DNA of 61,822 nt from Sphingomonas sp. (GTDB lineage Bacteria; Pseudomonadota; Alphaproteobacteria; Sphingomonadales; Sphingomonadaceae), in assembly GCA_019744885.1 (NCBI GenBank), contig JAIETY010000012.1, positions 1 through 61,822 of the forward strand, written 5' to 3'. This document shows, piece after piece, positions 28,141 to 38,194 of the stretch. The notes beneath the pieces were generated by a model that made no database searches, was not told where the DNA came from, and saw only the letters and a list, made by a program, of their open reading frames with translations. Position numbers and translations under genes: made by a program. How positions within the stretch are numbered: the first letter of the stretch is position 1; every line of letters starts with the position of its first letter.

Positions 28141-29004
28141 GTGACGATCGACCGGGACAAAATCGCGGCGGAAGCCTTTTTCCTGTACGCCGAAACCTAT
28201 TTGCCGAGCGAGCAGACCCGGCAGGAAACGCTTGCCGCGTTGCAACTGTGCGCCGACGGCACCGCCCGCGCCACGCCCAGCGTCGCGACCTATGTCTTTC
28301 GCCCCTCCGCCCTGTCCGCCGTATTGGGCGAGCGGGTCTATCCCGGCTCGGTCGCGCTTGAATCGACCGAATTATACCTGACCAATCAGGGGTTTCGCGA
28401 CCACCTGACCACCGACGAATTCCGCACCGGCCTGCGCGCGATGTACAAGGGGACGAGGCGACTGGGCGCGCGGCTGTTCTGGATCGGTGCCCGGCCCCCC
28501 AGCGACATGCTGCACAATATTTTCCGCTCCGACCGCGATGCCCGGCCAATCGCGACGGTGCGCGAAAAGCTGTTCGACGCCGATGTCCATGCCGCGTCGG
28601 ACAATCGCGATGTCACCATCGTGTCGGTGCTATGCCCGATCGAAAGCGGCAAGGGAGCGGTCGCGATTGATCTGGTGGATGCCATTGCCGACCGGCTGAC
28701 GGTGATTTCGTTCGCTGCCTTTTTCCATCCGCTCGCGCCCGATCTGCTGCGCGTGTTGATGATCCTGCCCATTAACGACGCGCAGCCTGCAAGCGTGATT
28801 GCCGACAGTCTGGCGCCGCTTGGTGACCTCGTCGCCGCACCGGGCCGGATGCTCGGCACCTGCCAGACGCACCGCGACCGCGCCGACCTTGCCGAAACGC
28901 TGGCCGCCGCGTTCGCAACCACCAACGCCGATTGGCAAGTCATGTCGGACGGCTATTCTGGTTATGTTAGCCATCCCTTGGTCGCGACCGACGCCAATGG
29001 CTGA
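28141..29004 (+). CDS. Hypothetical protein
   Basis: 287 aa ORF with GC3-rich codons, tightly packed in the operon; no family recognised with confidence. Confidence 0.7.
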   Translation: MTIDRDKIAAEAFFLYAETYLPSEQTRQETLAALQLCADGTARATPSVATYVFRPSALSAVLGERVYPGSVALESTELYLTNQGFRDHLTTDEFRTGLRAMYKGTRRLGARLFWIGARPPSDMLHNIFRSDRDARPIATVREKLFDADVHAASDNRDVTIVSVLCPIESGKGAVAIDLVDAIADRLTVISFAAFFHPLAPDLLRVLMILPINDAQPASVIADSLAPLGDLVAAPGRMLGTCQTHRDRADLAETLAAAFATTNADWQVMSDGYSGYVSHPLVATDANG

Positions 29005-29028
29005 CCATCTGCCCGAAGGAGACCCCGC

Positions 29029-29592
29029 ATGAAACGGATCGTCACCGGCCATGACGCGAACGGCAAAGCCATCTTCGTCTCGGTCGCCGAACCGACCCAT
29101 GTCGTCGAAGTGACGGCGATGCAGTGGAATGAGGTGTGGGCGACCTTTCCGGACGATACGCTGCCGGTACCCGACCCTGCTCAGGAACCCTCGCGCGATC
29201 CACGCTGGACCTCGGTCTTCCCGCGCACGGGCGAAAGCCGCTGCCGGATCATCGAATATCGCCCCGAAGAGGTGACGCTACCGTTTGAAGGCGAACTGTG
29301 GTCCGCCGACGAGATCGCCACGGTCCAACGCGACCTGCCCGGAACGCTGGAGGCGCTAGAGCCCGAGCATTTCGGCATGCACACCACCGACACGGTCGAT
29401 TATGGCATCGTCCTGTCGGGCCGGATCGAGCTTGAGCTCGACGATGGCGCAACCGTCATCATGGAAGCGGGCGATGTCGTCGTCCAGAACGGCACACGCC
29501 ACGCCTGGCGCGCGCTTGAAAATACCAAGATCGCCTTCGTCCAGATCGGCGTCGATCGTCGCAGCGATGCCGCAACAGGAACGCCCGCATGA
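29029..29592 (+). CDS. Cupin-domain protein
   Basis: RIVTGHDANGKA, MHTTDTVDYGIVLSG, GDVVVQNGTRHAW. Confidence 0.9.
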   Translation: MKRIVTGHDANGKAIFVSVAEPTHVVEVTAMQWNEVWATFPDDTLPVPDPAQEPSRDPRWTSVFPRTGESRCRIIEYRPEEVTLPFEGELWSADEIATVQRDLPGTLEALEPEHFGMHTTDTVDYGIVLSGRIELELDDGATVIMEAGDVVVQNGTRHAWRALENTKIAFVQIGVDRRSDAATGTPA

Positions 29593-30455
29593 CCGACTTC
29601 GAGACCATCGCCTATCAAACGCCCGCGCCCGGCGTCGTGCGCATCGCGCTCAACCGCCCGGACAAGCGCAATGCGCAGAATACCCGGCTGCTTTACGAAC
29701 TCGACGGCGCGTTCCGGCGGGCGGCTGAGGATGACAGCGTCAAGGTTGTTATCCTTGCTGCCAACGGTCCGCATTTTTCAGCCGGGCATGATCTGAGCGA
29801 GGACGACCGGCTGGGCAACATGGCCGATTTCGATTCGGTCGGCCTGTGGTGCGGCTATGCCTGTGAGGGGGCCGAAGGACATATGGGCTTCGAGAAGGAA
29901 GTCTATCTCGGCTTCAGCGAACGCTGGCGCAATTTCGCCAAGCCGACCCTCGCCGAGGTGCAGGGCAAGTGCATCGCCGGCGGGCTGATGCTCGTGTGGC
30001 CGTGCGACATCATCATGGCCGCCGACAATGCCGAATTCTGCGACAATACCGTCAATATGGGCATTTGCGGCGCGGAATTCTTCAATCACCCCTGGGAATT
30101 GGGGGTGCGCAAGGCCAAGGAATTCCTGTTCACCGCCGAAACCTTCAGCGCCGTAGAGGCGCACCGGCTGGGCATGGTCAACCATGTGATCCCGCTCGCT
30201 GAGCTGCAAGCGGCGACCCTCGCGCTAGCCGTGCGGATCGCGGCCAAACCGATGTTCGCGCTCAAGCTGCTCAAGGAGGCGGTCAACACCGCGCAGGACA
30301 ATCAGGGCCGCGTCAATGCGATGAAGACCAGTTTCGCGCTGCACCAGCTATCGCACAGCCACAATATGGAGCTGTACGGCATCCGCGCCGACCCGAGCTT
30401 TCTGCGCGATTCAGGTTTCGCGGCGAAGAACCCGCGGTTCGCCAAGGCCAAGTGA
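29589..30455 (+). CDS. Enoyl-CoA hydratase
   Basis: LNRPDKRNAQ, FSAGHD, KPTLAEVQGKCIAGG, HPWELG. Confidence 0.9.
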   Translation: MTDFETIAYQTPAPGVVRIALNRPDKRNAQNTRLLYELDGAFRRAAEDDSVKVVILAANGPHFSAGHDLSEDDRLGNMADFDSVGLWCGYACEGAEGHMGFEKEVYLGFSERWRNFAKPTLAEVQGKCIAGGLMLVWPCDIIMAADNAEFCDNTVNMGICGAEFFNHPWELGVRKAKEFLFTAETFSAVEAHRLGMVNHVIPLAELQAATLALAVRIAAKPMFALKLLKEAVNTAQDNQGRVNAMKTSFALHQLSHSHNMELYGIRADPSFLRDSGFAAKNPRFAKAK

Positions 30456-31372
30456 TGCAGAAAGTAAGCTTCGAGGGGCAGGTCGCGATCGTGACGGGGG
30501 CGGGCGTCGGCATTGGCCGCGCCTATGCGATGGCGCTCGCCGCGCGCGGGGCCAGGGTGGTGGTCAATGATCTCGGCGGCAGCCTGAACGGTGTCGGCGC
30601 CGATGCATCGGTGGCGCGAGCGGTGGTCGATGAAATCCGGGCCAAGGGCGGCGAGGCAGTCGCCAATGTCGGCAGCGTCGGGGATGAGGCATCGGCGCGC
30701 GGCATCGTGACGCAGGCGCTCGACACCTATGGCACCATCGATGCGGTGATTTGCAACGCGGGGAATGGCCGGTTCGGCGCGTTCGACGCGCTGACGCTCG
30801 ACGATTTCAGGGCGGTGATCGACGTGCATCTGTTCGGCACGATCAACGTCGTACACGCCGCCTGGCCGATCATGAAGGCGAAGCATTATGGTCGGGTGGT
30901 CATGACTGCCTCGGCGGCGGGGCTGTGGGGCGTGCATGAGGTCGCGCCCTATTGCGCCGCCAAGGCCGGGATCATCGGGCTGGCCAAGAGCCTGGCGCAT
31001 GAGGGCGAACCGGTCGGCATCAAGGTCAATGTCGTGTCGCCCGCCGCCAAGACGCGGATGTCGGCGCATTTGTTCGAGGGGCGATCGGGCTGGACTTGGC
31101 GGCCCGAGGTGGTCGAGCCGATGGTGACCTATCTGGCCAGTAATCAGTGCTGTCACAATGGTCGGGTCTATTCGGCGATGGGCGGCAATTTCGCGCGGGT
31201 GGAGGCGATGCAAGGCTATGGCAAGTCGCTCGATGCACGCCATGACATCAGCGTCGAGGATATCATCGCGCAGCTCGATGCGATCGACGACATGACGGGC
31301 GCACGCTGGATGGCACATGGCCGCGACGCGGGCGCGGCGATCTATGACGTGCCGGTGCAAGAGGGCGCATGA
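30455..31372 (+). CDS. SDR, MFE-2-like dehydrogenase
   Basis: TGAGVGIG, VVVNDLGG, YCAAK. Confidence 0.9.
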   Translation: MQKVSFEGQVAIVTGAGVGIGRAYAMALAARGARVVVNDLGGSLNGVGADASVARAVVDEIRAKGGEAVANVGSVGDEASARGIVTQALDTYGTIDAVICNAGNGRFGAFDALTLDDFRAVIDVHLFGTINVVHAAWPIMKAKHYGRVVMTASAAGLWGVHEVAPYCAAKAGIIGLAKSLAHEGEPVGIKVNVVSPAAKTRMSAHLFEGRSGWTWRPEVVEPMVTYLASNQCCHNGRVYSAMGGNFARVEAMQGYGKSLDARHDISVEDIIAQLDAIDDMTGARWMAHGRDAGAAIYDVPVQEGA

Positions 31373-32328
31373 TCGACATTAACGCCATCGACCCCGACCT
31401 GCGCGCGGCGCTCGAACAGTCGCGCGCCGGGCGCTTTGCCGACCAGTCGTTCGCGCAGGCGCGGGATGGTATGGATGCAATGCTCGCAAAGATAGGGCCG
31501 TTGGTCGATCCTGCGCTGTTCGAGCGGGTATCGGTCAACACCGGCGACCGCGCGGTCACCGGCCAACTCTATCGCCCAACCGAACGCAAGGAAAGCGATC
31601 CGTTGCCGGTGATGCTGTGGTTCCACGGCGGCGGCTTCTTCATGGGGCGGCTGTCGAACGGCGATCCGATGTGCCTCGACATCGCCAATCGATCGGGCTG
31701 CGCGGTGCTGTCGGTCAATTACCGGCTAATCCCCGAGCATCCCTATCCCGCCGCGATCGACGATGCAGTGGCGATGCTCGCATGGGTGCAGGAGCAGGTC
31801 AGCGCATTGGGGCTGGATGCCGGGCGTCTCGCAGTCGGCGGGGTCAGCGCGGGCGGCTGCATCGCGGCGGCGCTGGCGCTGCGCGCGCGCGATCAGGGGC
31901 TTCCCCCAATCCGTTTTCAGTTGCTGATGATCCCGGTGATCGACCACCGCCTGGAGACGCCGTCGGCGCTGGTTACGACCGATCCACGCGTGTGGAATCG
32001 CAATCTCTCGCAGCGATCATGGCAGAGCTATCTCTCGCAGGTGATCGGCGAGGTGCCCGGCGATGCCTCCCCGGCGCGCGCCGCTGATCTGTCGGGCCTG
32101 CCCCCGGCGTTTATCTCGGTCGAGGAACATGACCTGCTGCGCGACGAGGGGATCGATTATGCCCGACGGCTGATGCAAGCGGGTGTCACTACGGAATTGC
32201 ATTGCTATCCCGGCACCTATCACGGCTCCTTCGCCTTCACCCCGCAGGCCGATGTCAGCCAGCGGCATATGGGCGACGCCATCCACGCGCTGGCCAAGGC
32301 GATGAGGTGCGAAAGCACGCCCGCATGA
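31369..32328 (+). CDS. HSL-family alpha/beta hydrolase (esterase)
   Basis: HGGGF, GVSAGG, DLLRDE, HG. Confidence 0.9.
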   Translation: MIDINAIDPDLRAALEQSRAGRFADQSFAQARDGMDAMLAKIGPLVDPALFERVSVNTGDRAVTGQLYRPTERKESDPLPVMLWFHGGGFFMGRLSNGDPMCLDIANRSGCAVLSVNYRLIPEHPYPAAIDDAVAMLAWVQEQVSALGLDAGRLAVGGVSAGGCIAAALALRARDQGLPPIRFQLLMIPVIDHRLETPSALVTTDPRVWNRNLSQRSWQSYLSQVIGEVPGDASPARAADLSGLPPAFISVEEHDLLRDEGIDYARRLMQAGVTTELHCYPGTYHGSFAFTPQADVSQRHMGDAIHALAKAMRCESTPA

Positions 32329-33851
32329 ATGCGATCAGCCGAGCGATTACCGACTCCGATAAAGTCGCGTTCCACCTAATTGGTGGCGACGCGTTGAGCT
32401 ACCGCGCGCTGGAGGATCTTTCCTGCCGTACCGGCCATGCATTCCACGCGCTGGGGCTGCGGCACGGAGACCATGTCGCAATGATGATCGAGAACCGGGC
32501 GGCGCTTATCGCACTCGTCTGGGCGGCGCAGCGATCCGGGCTCTACTATACGCTGATTCCCACCCACCTGATGCCGGACGAAGCGGCATACATGGCCAGC
32601 GATTCAAGCGCACAGCTCATTGCCACCAGCGACCGGTTCATTGATCTTTGGCGATCGGTTCGTGCGGGACTGGGGACGGTCCGACACTGGCTGACGGTGG
32701 ACGCGCCGCAGGACGGTTTTGCGGCGTGGCGCGATGTGATCGCTGACTATCCTGCCACCCCGGCACCCGATGCGCTGGAAGGATCGGCGATGCTCTATTC
32801 GTCGGGCACGACCGGGCGGCCCAAGGGCATCAAGAAAGCAATCGGTACCGTCCGTTTCGGAGAGGAACCACTCGCGGCCATCTATCGCGAGCGGCATGTG
32901 ATGGACGAGCACACCGTCTATCTCTCGCCCGCCCCGCTCTATCATGCAGCACCTTTGCGCGCGGTCCTGGCGGTCAACCGGCTCGGCGGCAGCGTGATTG
33001 CGCTCGCCAAGTTTGAGGCCGAACCCCTGCTCGCCGCAATCGACCGATACCGGGTTACGCACGTCCAATTGGTGCCGACCATGCTGCGCCGCTTGCTCGA
33101 CCTGCCCGACGCGGTGCGCGCACAATATAACGTATCGAGCCTGCGCCGCGTGATCCATGCTGCGGCCCCCTGTCCAATCGATCTGAAACAGGCGGCGATC
33201 GACTGGTTCGGGCCGATCGTGACCGAATATTATGGCGGCACCGAAGGCATCGGCGCGACCTATATCGACAGCGAAGAATGGCTGACGCACCCCGGATCGG
33301 TCGGCCGCGCGATCATGGGCGAGCTGCATATCGTCGGGGAGGACGGCGCTGAGCTGCCGGTCGGCGCGGTCGGGGATGTCTATTTCGGCAATGGCCCGCG
33401 ATTCGCTTATCACAACGCGCCCGAGAAGCTCGAGGCGGCAACGCATCCTGAGGGTTGGGTGACGCTCGGCGATATCGGGCGGGTCGATGAGGAGGGTTAT
33501 CTCTATCTGGTCGATCGCAAGAGCTTCGTCATCAATTCGGGCGGTGTGAACATCTACCCGGCTGAAGCCGAGGAGGCACTGCGCAGCCACCCCGCCGTCG
33601 CCGATGTCGCCGTCATCGGCGTGCCCAACCGCGATTTTGGCGAGGAGGTGAAAGCAGTTATCGAGCTCCGCGCAGGAGTGCTGGCGTCGGAAGCCCTGAG
33701 GGATGACCTGATCGCCCATTGCCGCGCGCGGATTTCGGCTGTCAAATGCCCGCGTTCGGTCGATTTCATCGATATCATGCCGCGATCGGATGCAGGCAAA
33801 TTGCTGAAAGGCGTGCTGCGGCAGGATTATTGGGGACGGGATACAGCCTGA
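32325..33851 (+). CDS. Acyl-CoA synthetase
   Basis: YSSGTTGRPKG, PAPLYHAAP, YYGGTE, GDIG, GKLLK. Confidence 0.9.
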   Translation: MNAISRAITDSDKVAFHLIGGDALSYRALEDLSCRTGHAFHALGLRHGDHVAMMIENRAALIALVWAAQRSGLYYTLIPTHLMPDEAAYMASDSSAQLIATSDRFIDLWRSVRAGLGTVRHWLTVDAPQDGFAAWRDVIADYPATPAPDALEGSAMLYSSGTTGRPKGIKKAIGTVRFGEEPLAAIYRERHVMDEHTVYLSPAPLYHAAPLRAVLAVNRLGGSVIALAKFEAEPLLAAIDRYRVTHVQLVPTMLRRLLDLPDAVRAQYNVSSLRRVIHAAAPCPIDLKQAAIDWFGPIVTEYYGGTEGIGATYIDSEEWLTHPGSVGRAIMGELHIVGEDGAELPVGAVGDVYFGNGPRFAYHNAPEKLEAATHPEGWVTLGDIGRVDEEGYLYLVDRKSFVINSGGVNIYPAEAEEALRSHPAVADVAVIGVPNRDFGEEVKAVIELRAGVLASEALRDDLIAHCRARISAVKCPRSVDFIDIMPRSDAGKLLKGVLRQDYWGRDTA

Positions 33852-35317
33852 TGCCAGACGTCGGAATTACGGGCTATGGGACCTATCTCCCGCGCCGTCG
33901 CCTGTGCCGCAAGACCGTGGCTGAGGCGCAGGCCTGGCTCGCGCCGGGGCTAAAGGCAAATGGCAAGGGCACACGCGCGCTTGCCGGGTGGGATGAGGAT
34001 ACGGTGACGATGGCGGTCGAGGCGGCGCGCGCCTGTCTCGGCCCCGGCGATGACCGCGCGCACATCGGCGGGCTGCACTTCGCCTCGACCACCCCCGTGT
34101 TCATCGATCGGCTGAACGCCGGGATCGTCGCCGCCGCGCTGACATTGGGTGAAGAGATCAGCGCCAGCGACCAGACCGGCACCCGCCGCGCCGGGACCAC
34201 CGCGCTGCTGCAGGCGATCGACAGCGCGGCGGCGCGCGGTGGGACATCGCTGGTCGTCGCATCGGAAAAGCGCAAGGCCCGCGCCGCCAGCGCGCAGGAG
34301 CTGGCCTATGGCGACGGTGCGGCCTGTATCACGGTCGGCACCGGCCCGGTCATCGCCCGGCTGATCGGTCGGCACAGCCTGACGATCGATTTCGTCGATC
34401 GCTTCCGCGCGGCGGGGGCGGAGTATGAGTATCTCTGGGAAGAACGCTGGGCGCGCGAGGAGGGCTATGGCGAGTTCGTTCCCCGTGCGATCGCCGCCGT
34501 GCTGCGGGATGCCGGGATTGCTGCCGACCAGATCGTAAAGCTGATTCTGCCGTGTCCGTTCCGGGGCCTAGCGGCCACGCTCGCCGCCAAGGCCGGGCTG
34601 TCAGGCGCGACCGTCGTTGACGATCACAGCCTCGCCATCGGCGATCTCGGCACCGCCAACGCGCTGATGCTGCTCGCCGCCTCGCTGGAGACCGCGCAGC
34701 CGGGCGAGAAAATCCTCGTCGTCGATTTCGGCCAGGGGTGTGAGGCGTTCATCCTTGAAGTCACCGACGCCATTGCCGGGTTCCGCCCCGCGCGCCGCTT
34801 TGCCGATCAACTGGCAGGCGGCGTGCTCGAACAAAATTATCTGCGCTACCTCACCACCCGCGACCTGATCGACTGGGACAAGGGGCCAAAGGCGGAGCGC
34901 GACACGCGCACCTCGCTGTCGGGCCTCTATCGCAACCGGGCCATGCTGCTCGGCTTTGTCGGCGGCCGCCACCGCGAGACGGGCGAGGTCCAGTTCCCCG
35001 CCAGTCGCATTGCGCTCGGCGAGACCGGGCACGCTATCGACGCGCTGGAGCCCTATAAATTTGCAGAGCGTCAGGGCCAGATCCTCTCCTGGTCCGCCGA
35101 CCGGATGGCGCTGACGCCCGATCCGCCCAATTACTACGGCATGATCACTTTCCCTGAAGGCGGGCGGCTGATGATGGACATCACCGACGTGCTCGGTGCC
35201 GATGTCCAGACCGGCATGGCGGTGCGGATGGTGTTCCGCATCAAGGACGTCGACGCGCCGCGCGATTACACGCGCTATTTCTGGAAAGCGACTTTGCTCC
35301 AGCCGGACGGGAACTGA
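33851..35317 (+). CDS. HMG-CoA-synthase-like domain fused to a DUF35 OB-fold domain
   Basis: GITGYGTYLPRRRL, DEDTVTMAVEAA, GDGAA; C-terminal VQFP...GMAVRMVFR...YFWKA. Confidence 0.85.
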   Translation: MPDVGITGYGTYLPRRRLCRKTVAEAQAWLAPGLKANGKGTRALAGWDEDTVTMAVEAARACLGPGDDRAHIGGLHFASTTPVFIDRLNAGIVAAALTLGEEISASDQTGTRRAGTTALLQAIDSAAARGGTSLVVASEKRKARAASAQELAYGDGAACITVGTGPVIARLIGRHSLTIDFVDRFRAAGAEYEYLWEERWAREEGYGEFVPRAIAAVLRDAGIAADQIVKLILPCPFRGLAATLAAKAGLSGATVVDDHSLAIGDLGTANALMLLAASLETAQPGEKILVVDFGQGCEAFILEVTDAIAGFRPARRFADQLAGGVLEQNYLRYLTTRDLIDWDKGPKAERDTRTSLSGLYRNRAMLLGFVGGRHRETGEVQFPASRIALGETGHAIDALEPYKFAERQGQILSWSADRMALTPDPPNYYGMITFPEGGRLMMDITDVLGADVQTGMAVRMVFRIKDVDAPRDYTRYFWKATLLQPDGN

Positions 35318-35320
35318 TCA

Positions 35321-36520
35321 ATGGCCACGGGCATCAAGGACAAGGTGGTCATCCTCGGCGCGGGCTGCTCGCGCTTCGGCGAACGCTGGGACTGCAGCGC
35401 GGAGGATTTGCTGGTCGAGAGCTTTACCGAAGCGATCACCGATGCAGGGATACAGAAGAAGGATATCGGCGCGGCCTGGTTCGCGCATCATGACGACATG
35501 GTCGGCATGGGCAAGGGTGGCGCGCCGCTCTCCGTAGCGCTCCGCCTGCCCAACATCGCCGTCACCCGCGTCGAGAATTTCTGCGCAGGAGGTTCCGAGG
35601 CCTTGCGGGGTGCCGCCTATGCGGTGGCAAGTGGCGCGGTCGATATTGCACTCGCGATCGGGGTCGAAAAGCTGAAGGACGTGGGCTTTGGCGGCCTGCC
35701 GCCGCGCTATCCCGGCGGTCTTGCGCCTATGTGGGCGCCGAGCGGCTCCAACGCCGGCAATTTCGCGCAGCTCGCCACCGCCTATTGCGCCAAGCACAGC
35801 GTCGATGCCGCCGATCTCAAGCGCGCGATGGCGCATGTTTCGGTCAAGAGCCACGCCAATGGCGTCGGCAACCCCAAGGCGCATCTGCGGAAAGCGGTGA
35901 CGATGGAGCAGGTGCTGGCGGCGGGCATGATCGCCCAGCCGCTGGGCCTCTATGATTGCTGCGGCGTGTCGGACGGGTCAGCGGCGGCAATCATCACCAC
36001 GCCCGAAATTGCCCGCGCGCTCGGCAAGACCGATCTGGTCGCGATCAAGGCGATGCAGCTCAGCGTCTCCAATGGCTTTGAATCGCAGAGCAATGGCTGG
36101 GACGGCAGCTATTTCCACACCACCCGAATCGCCGCGCGCAACGCCTATGCCGAAGCGGGCGTGACCGACCCCGGCGCGCAGATTGACCTGATGGAGGTGC
36201 ATGACTGTTTCTCCGTCACCGAACTGGTGGCGATGGAGGATTTGTTCATCTCCGCCGAAGGCGGCGCGGTGCGCGACGTGCTTGACGGGCGCTTTGATGC
36301 GAGTGGGGCCAATCCCTGCCAGATCGATGGTGGGCTGAAATGCTTCGGCCACCCGATCGGCGCGAGCGGGCTCAGGATGATGTATGAGGTCTATCTGCAA
36401 CTGCTCGGCCGCGCCGGCAGCCGCCAGCTTGCCAGCCCGTCGCTCGGCCTCACCCATAATCTGGGCGGCGAGCCGTCGATGAACGTGTGCAGCGTCAATG
36501 TTTTCGGGCTGCACGGATGA
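35321..36520 (+). CDS. Thiolase-fold acetyl-CoA acyltransferase (SCP2/PhlC-like)
   Basis: VENFCAGG, EVHDCF, GGLKCFGHPIGASG. Confidence 0.9.
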   Translation: MATGIKDKVVILGAGCSRFGERWDCSAEDLLVESFTEAITDAGIQKKDIGAAWFAHHDDMVGMGKGGAPLSVALRLPNIAVTRVENFCAGGSEALRGAAYAVASGAVDIALAIGVEKLKDVGFGGLPPRYPGGLAPMWAPSGSNAGNFAQLATAYCAKHSVDAADLKRAMAHVSVKSHANGVGNPKAHLRKAVTMEQVLAAGMIAQPLGLYDCCGVSDGSAAAIITTPEIARALGKTDLVAIKAMQLSVSNGFESQSNGWDGSYFHTTRIAARNAYAEAGVTDPGAQIDLMEVHDCFSVTELVAMEDLFISAEGGAVRDVLDGRFDASGANPCQIDGGLKCFGHPIGASGLRMMYEVYLQLLGRAGSRQLASPSLGLTHNLGGEPSMNVCSVNVFGLHG

Positions 36521-36536
36521 CCCGGAGCGCCGTGCC

Positions 36537-37403
36537 ATGCCGATAGATTACGCCGCCGCCATGGCCGCGCATGATGACGACCTCGCTTATGCCTATGATG
36601 ATGCGAAGACGATGCTCTACGCGCTCTCGGTCGGCATGGCGCGCGATCCGCTCGACGCGCAGGAACTCGCCTTCGTCTATGAAAAGAACCTCGTCGCGCT
36701 GCCGACGCTCGCCACCGTCATCGCATCGGGCGCACGCGATGTCCGCACGCTCGGCGTCAACTATGCGCTGATCCTGCACGGCGAACAAAAGCTGACGCTG
36801 CACCGACCGCTGCCGGTCAGCGCCAGCCTGCTGGTCAACACGCGTACCAAGGGCGTGTACGACAAGGGTGCCGGCAAGGGCGCGATCATCGTTTCCGAAA
36901 TCGCGATCCGGCTCGCCGATACGGGCGAACCGCTCTGCACGCTGGAAACCACGCATTTCGCGCGCGGCGATGGCGGCTTCAGCGCGACAAGCGGCGACAG
37001 CGGCACCGCGCCTGCGCCGCACCCCCTGCCCGACCGCGCGCCCGATCATCGCTGCGTGATGCCCACCACGCCCGTCCAGCCGCTCTTCTACCGGCTGCTG
37101 GGGGACCGCAACATCCTCCACGCCGATCCGGATGCCGCGCGCGCCGCCGGGTTCGATCGGCCGATCCTGCACGGGCTGTGCACCTACGGCATCTGCTGCC
37201 ACGCGATCGTCAAGACGTTGTGCGATTACCGCCCCGAGCTGATCCGCCAGTTCGACGTGCGCTTTTCCGCCCCGGCCTTCCCCGGCGAGACCCTCGTGGT
37301 CGAGATGTGGCGCGATGGCGACACGATATCCTTCCGCGCATTGGCCGAAGAGCGTGGCGTGGTGGTGATCAACAATGGCCGCTGCCTGATCGGCCAGCCC
37401 TGA
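36537..37403 (+). CDS. MaoC-type (hydratase 2) double hot-dog enoyl-CoA hydratase
   Basis: LYALSVG, LHGEQ, YRLLGDRNILHADP, PILHGLCT. Confidence 0.9.
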   Translation: MPIDYAAAMAAHDDDLAYAYDDAKTMLYALSVGMARDPLDAQELAFVYEKNLVALPTLATVIASGARDVRTLGVNYALILHGEQKLTLHRPLPVSASLLVNTRTKGVYDKGAGKGAIIVSEIAIRLADTGEPLCTLETTHFARGDGGFSATSGDSGTAPAPHPLPDRAPDHRCVMPTTPVQPLFYRLLGDRNILHADPDAARAAGFDRPILHGLCTYGICCHAIVKTLCDYRPELIRQFDVRFSAPAFPGETLVVEMWRDGDTISFRALAEERGVVVINNGRCLIGQP

Positions 37404-38185
37404 TGGAACTTGCGGGCAAAACCGCGATCATCACGGGTGGTGCATCGGGCATGGGCCGGGCGGTTGCGCAGCGGCTGCACCGGCAGGGGGTGGCGGTGGC
37501 GATCCTCGATCGCAACGCGGTACTCGGCACTGCGCTGGCCGGTGAGCTGGGCGACCGGGCGTTATTCCATCAGGCCGACGTCACCAGCGAAGCCGATGTC
37601 GCCGCTGCGATCGAGGCGACCGCCGCCAGCTTCGGCGACATCCAAATCTGCTGCAACTTTGCCGGTATCGTGTCGCTCAAACGCACCATCGGCGATGATG
37701 GCGCGATGCCGATGCGCGCCTTCACCCGCAATATCGACATCAACCTGACCGGCAGCTTCAACGTCGCGCGGCTGTGTGCAGATCGGATGCGCCACAACGC
37801 CGCGCTCGACGCCGACGATAATCGCGGCGTCATCATCAACGTCTCGTCGGTCGCCGCCTATCAGGGGCCGTCGGGCACCGTCGGCTATAGCGCGTCGAAG
37901 GCGGCGATCACCGGCATGACATTGCCGCTCGCCCGCGATCTCGCCCCGTTTGGAATTCGCGTCAACACGATCGTGCCCGGCCTGATCCTGACCCCGATGA
38001 CGATGGGCAACGACCCCGCCAAACACGCCGACGCCGAACGCCGCGCCGCGCAATCGCTGGCGCATGTGCTCTACCCGAAGCGTTTCGGCACTGCGGAAGA
38101 GGTGGCGCACCTCACGCAGTTCATCATCGAGAATGACTATATCAACGCCGAATGCATCCGCATCGATGCCGGCAAGCGGGTTTGA
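37403..38185 (+). CDS. SDR, HSD17B10-like
   Basis: TGGASGMG, RGVIINVSSVAA, YSASK, ARDLA. Confidence 0.9.
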   Translation: MELAGKTAIITGGASGMGRAVAQRLHRQGVAVAILDRNAVLGTALAGELGDRALFHQADVTSEADVAAAIEATAASFGDIQICCNFAGIVSLKRTIGDDGAMPMRAFTRNIDINLTGSFNVARLCADRMRHNAALDADDNRGVIINVSSVAAYQGPSGTVGYSASKAAITGMTLPLARDLAPFGIRVNTIVPGLILTPMTMGNDPAKHADAERRAAQSLAHVLYPKRFGTAEEVAHLTQFIIENDYINAECIRIDAGKRV

Positions 38186-38194
38186 GATCGCACG

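Noticed and set aside
33851-36520. 2,4-diacetylphloroglucinol or mevalonate biosynthesis
   Set aside because: No type III PKS (phlD) or mevalonate genes; the HMGS catalytic Cys is missing; context is catabolic
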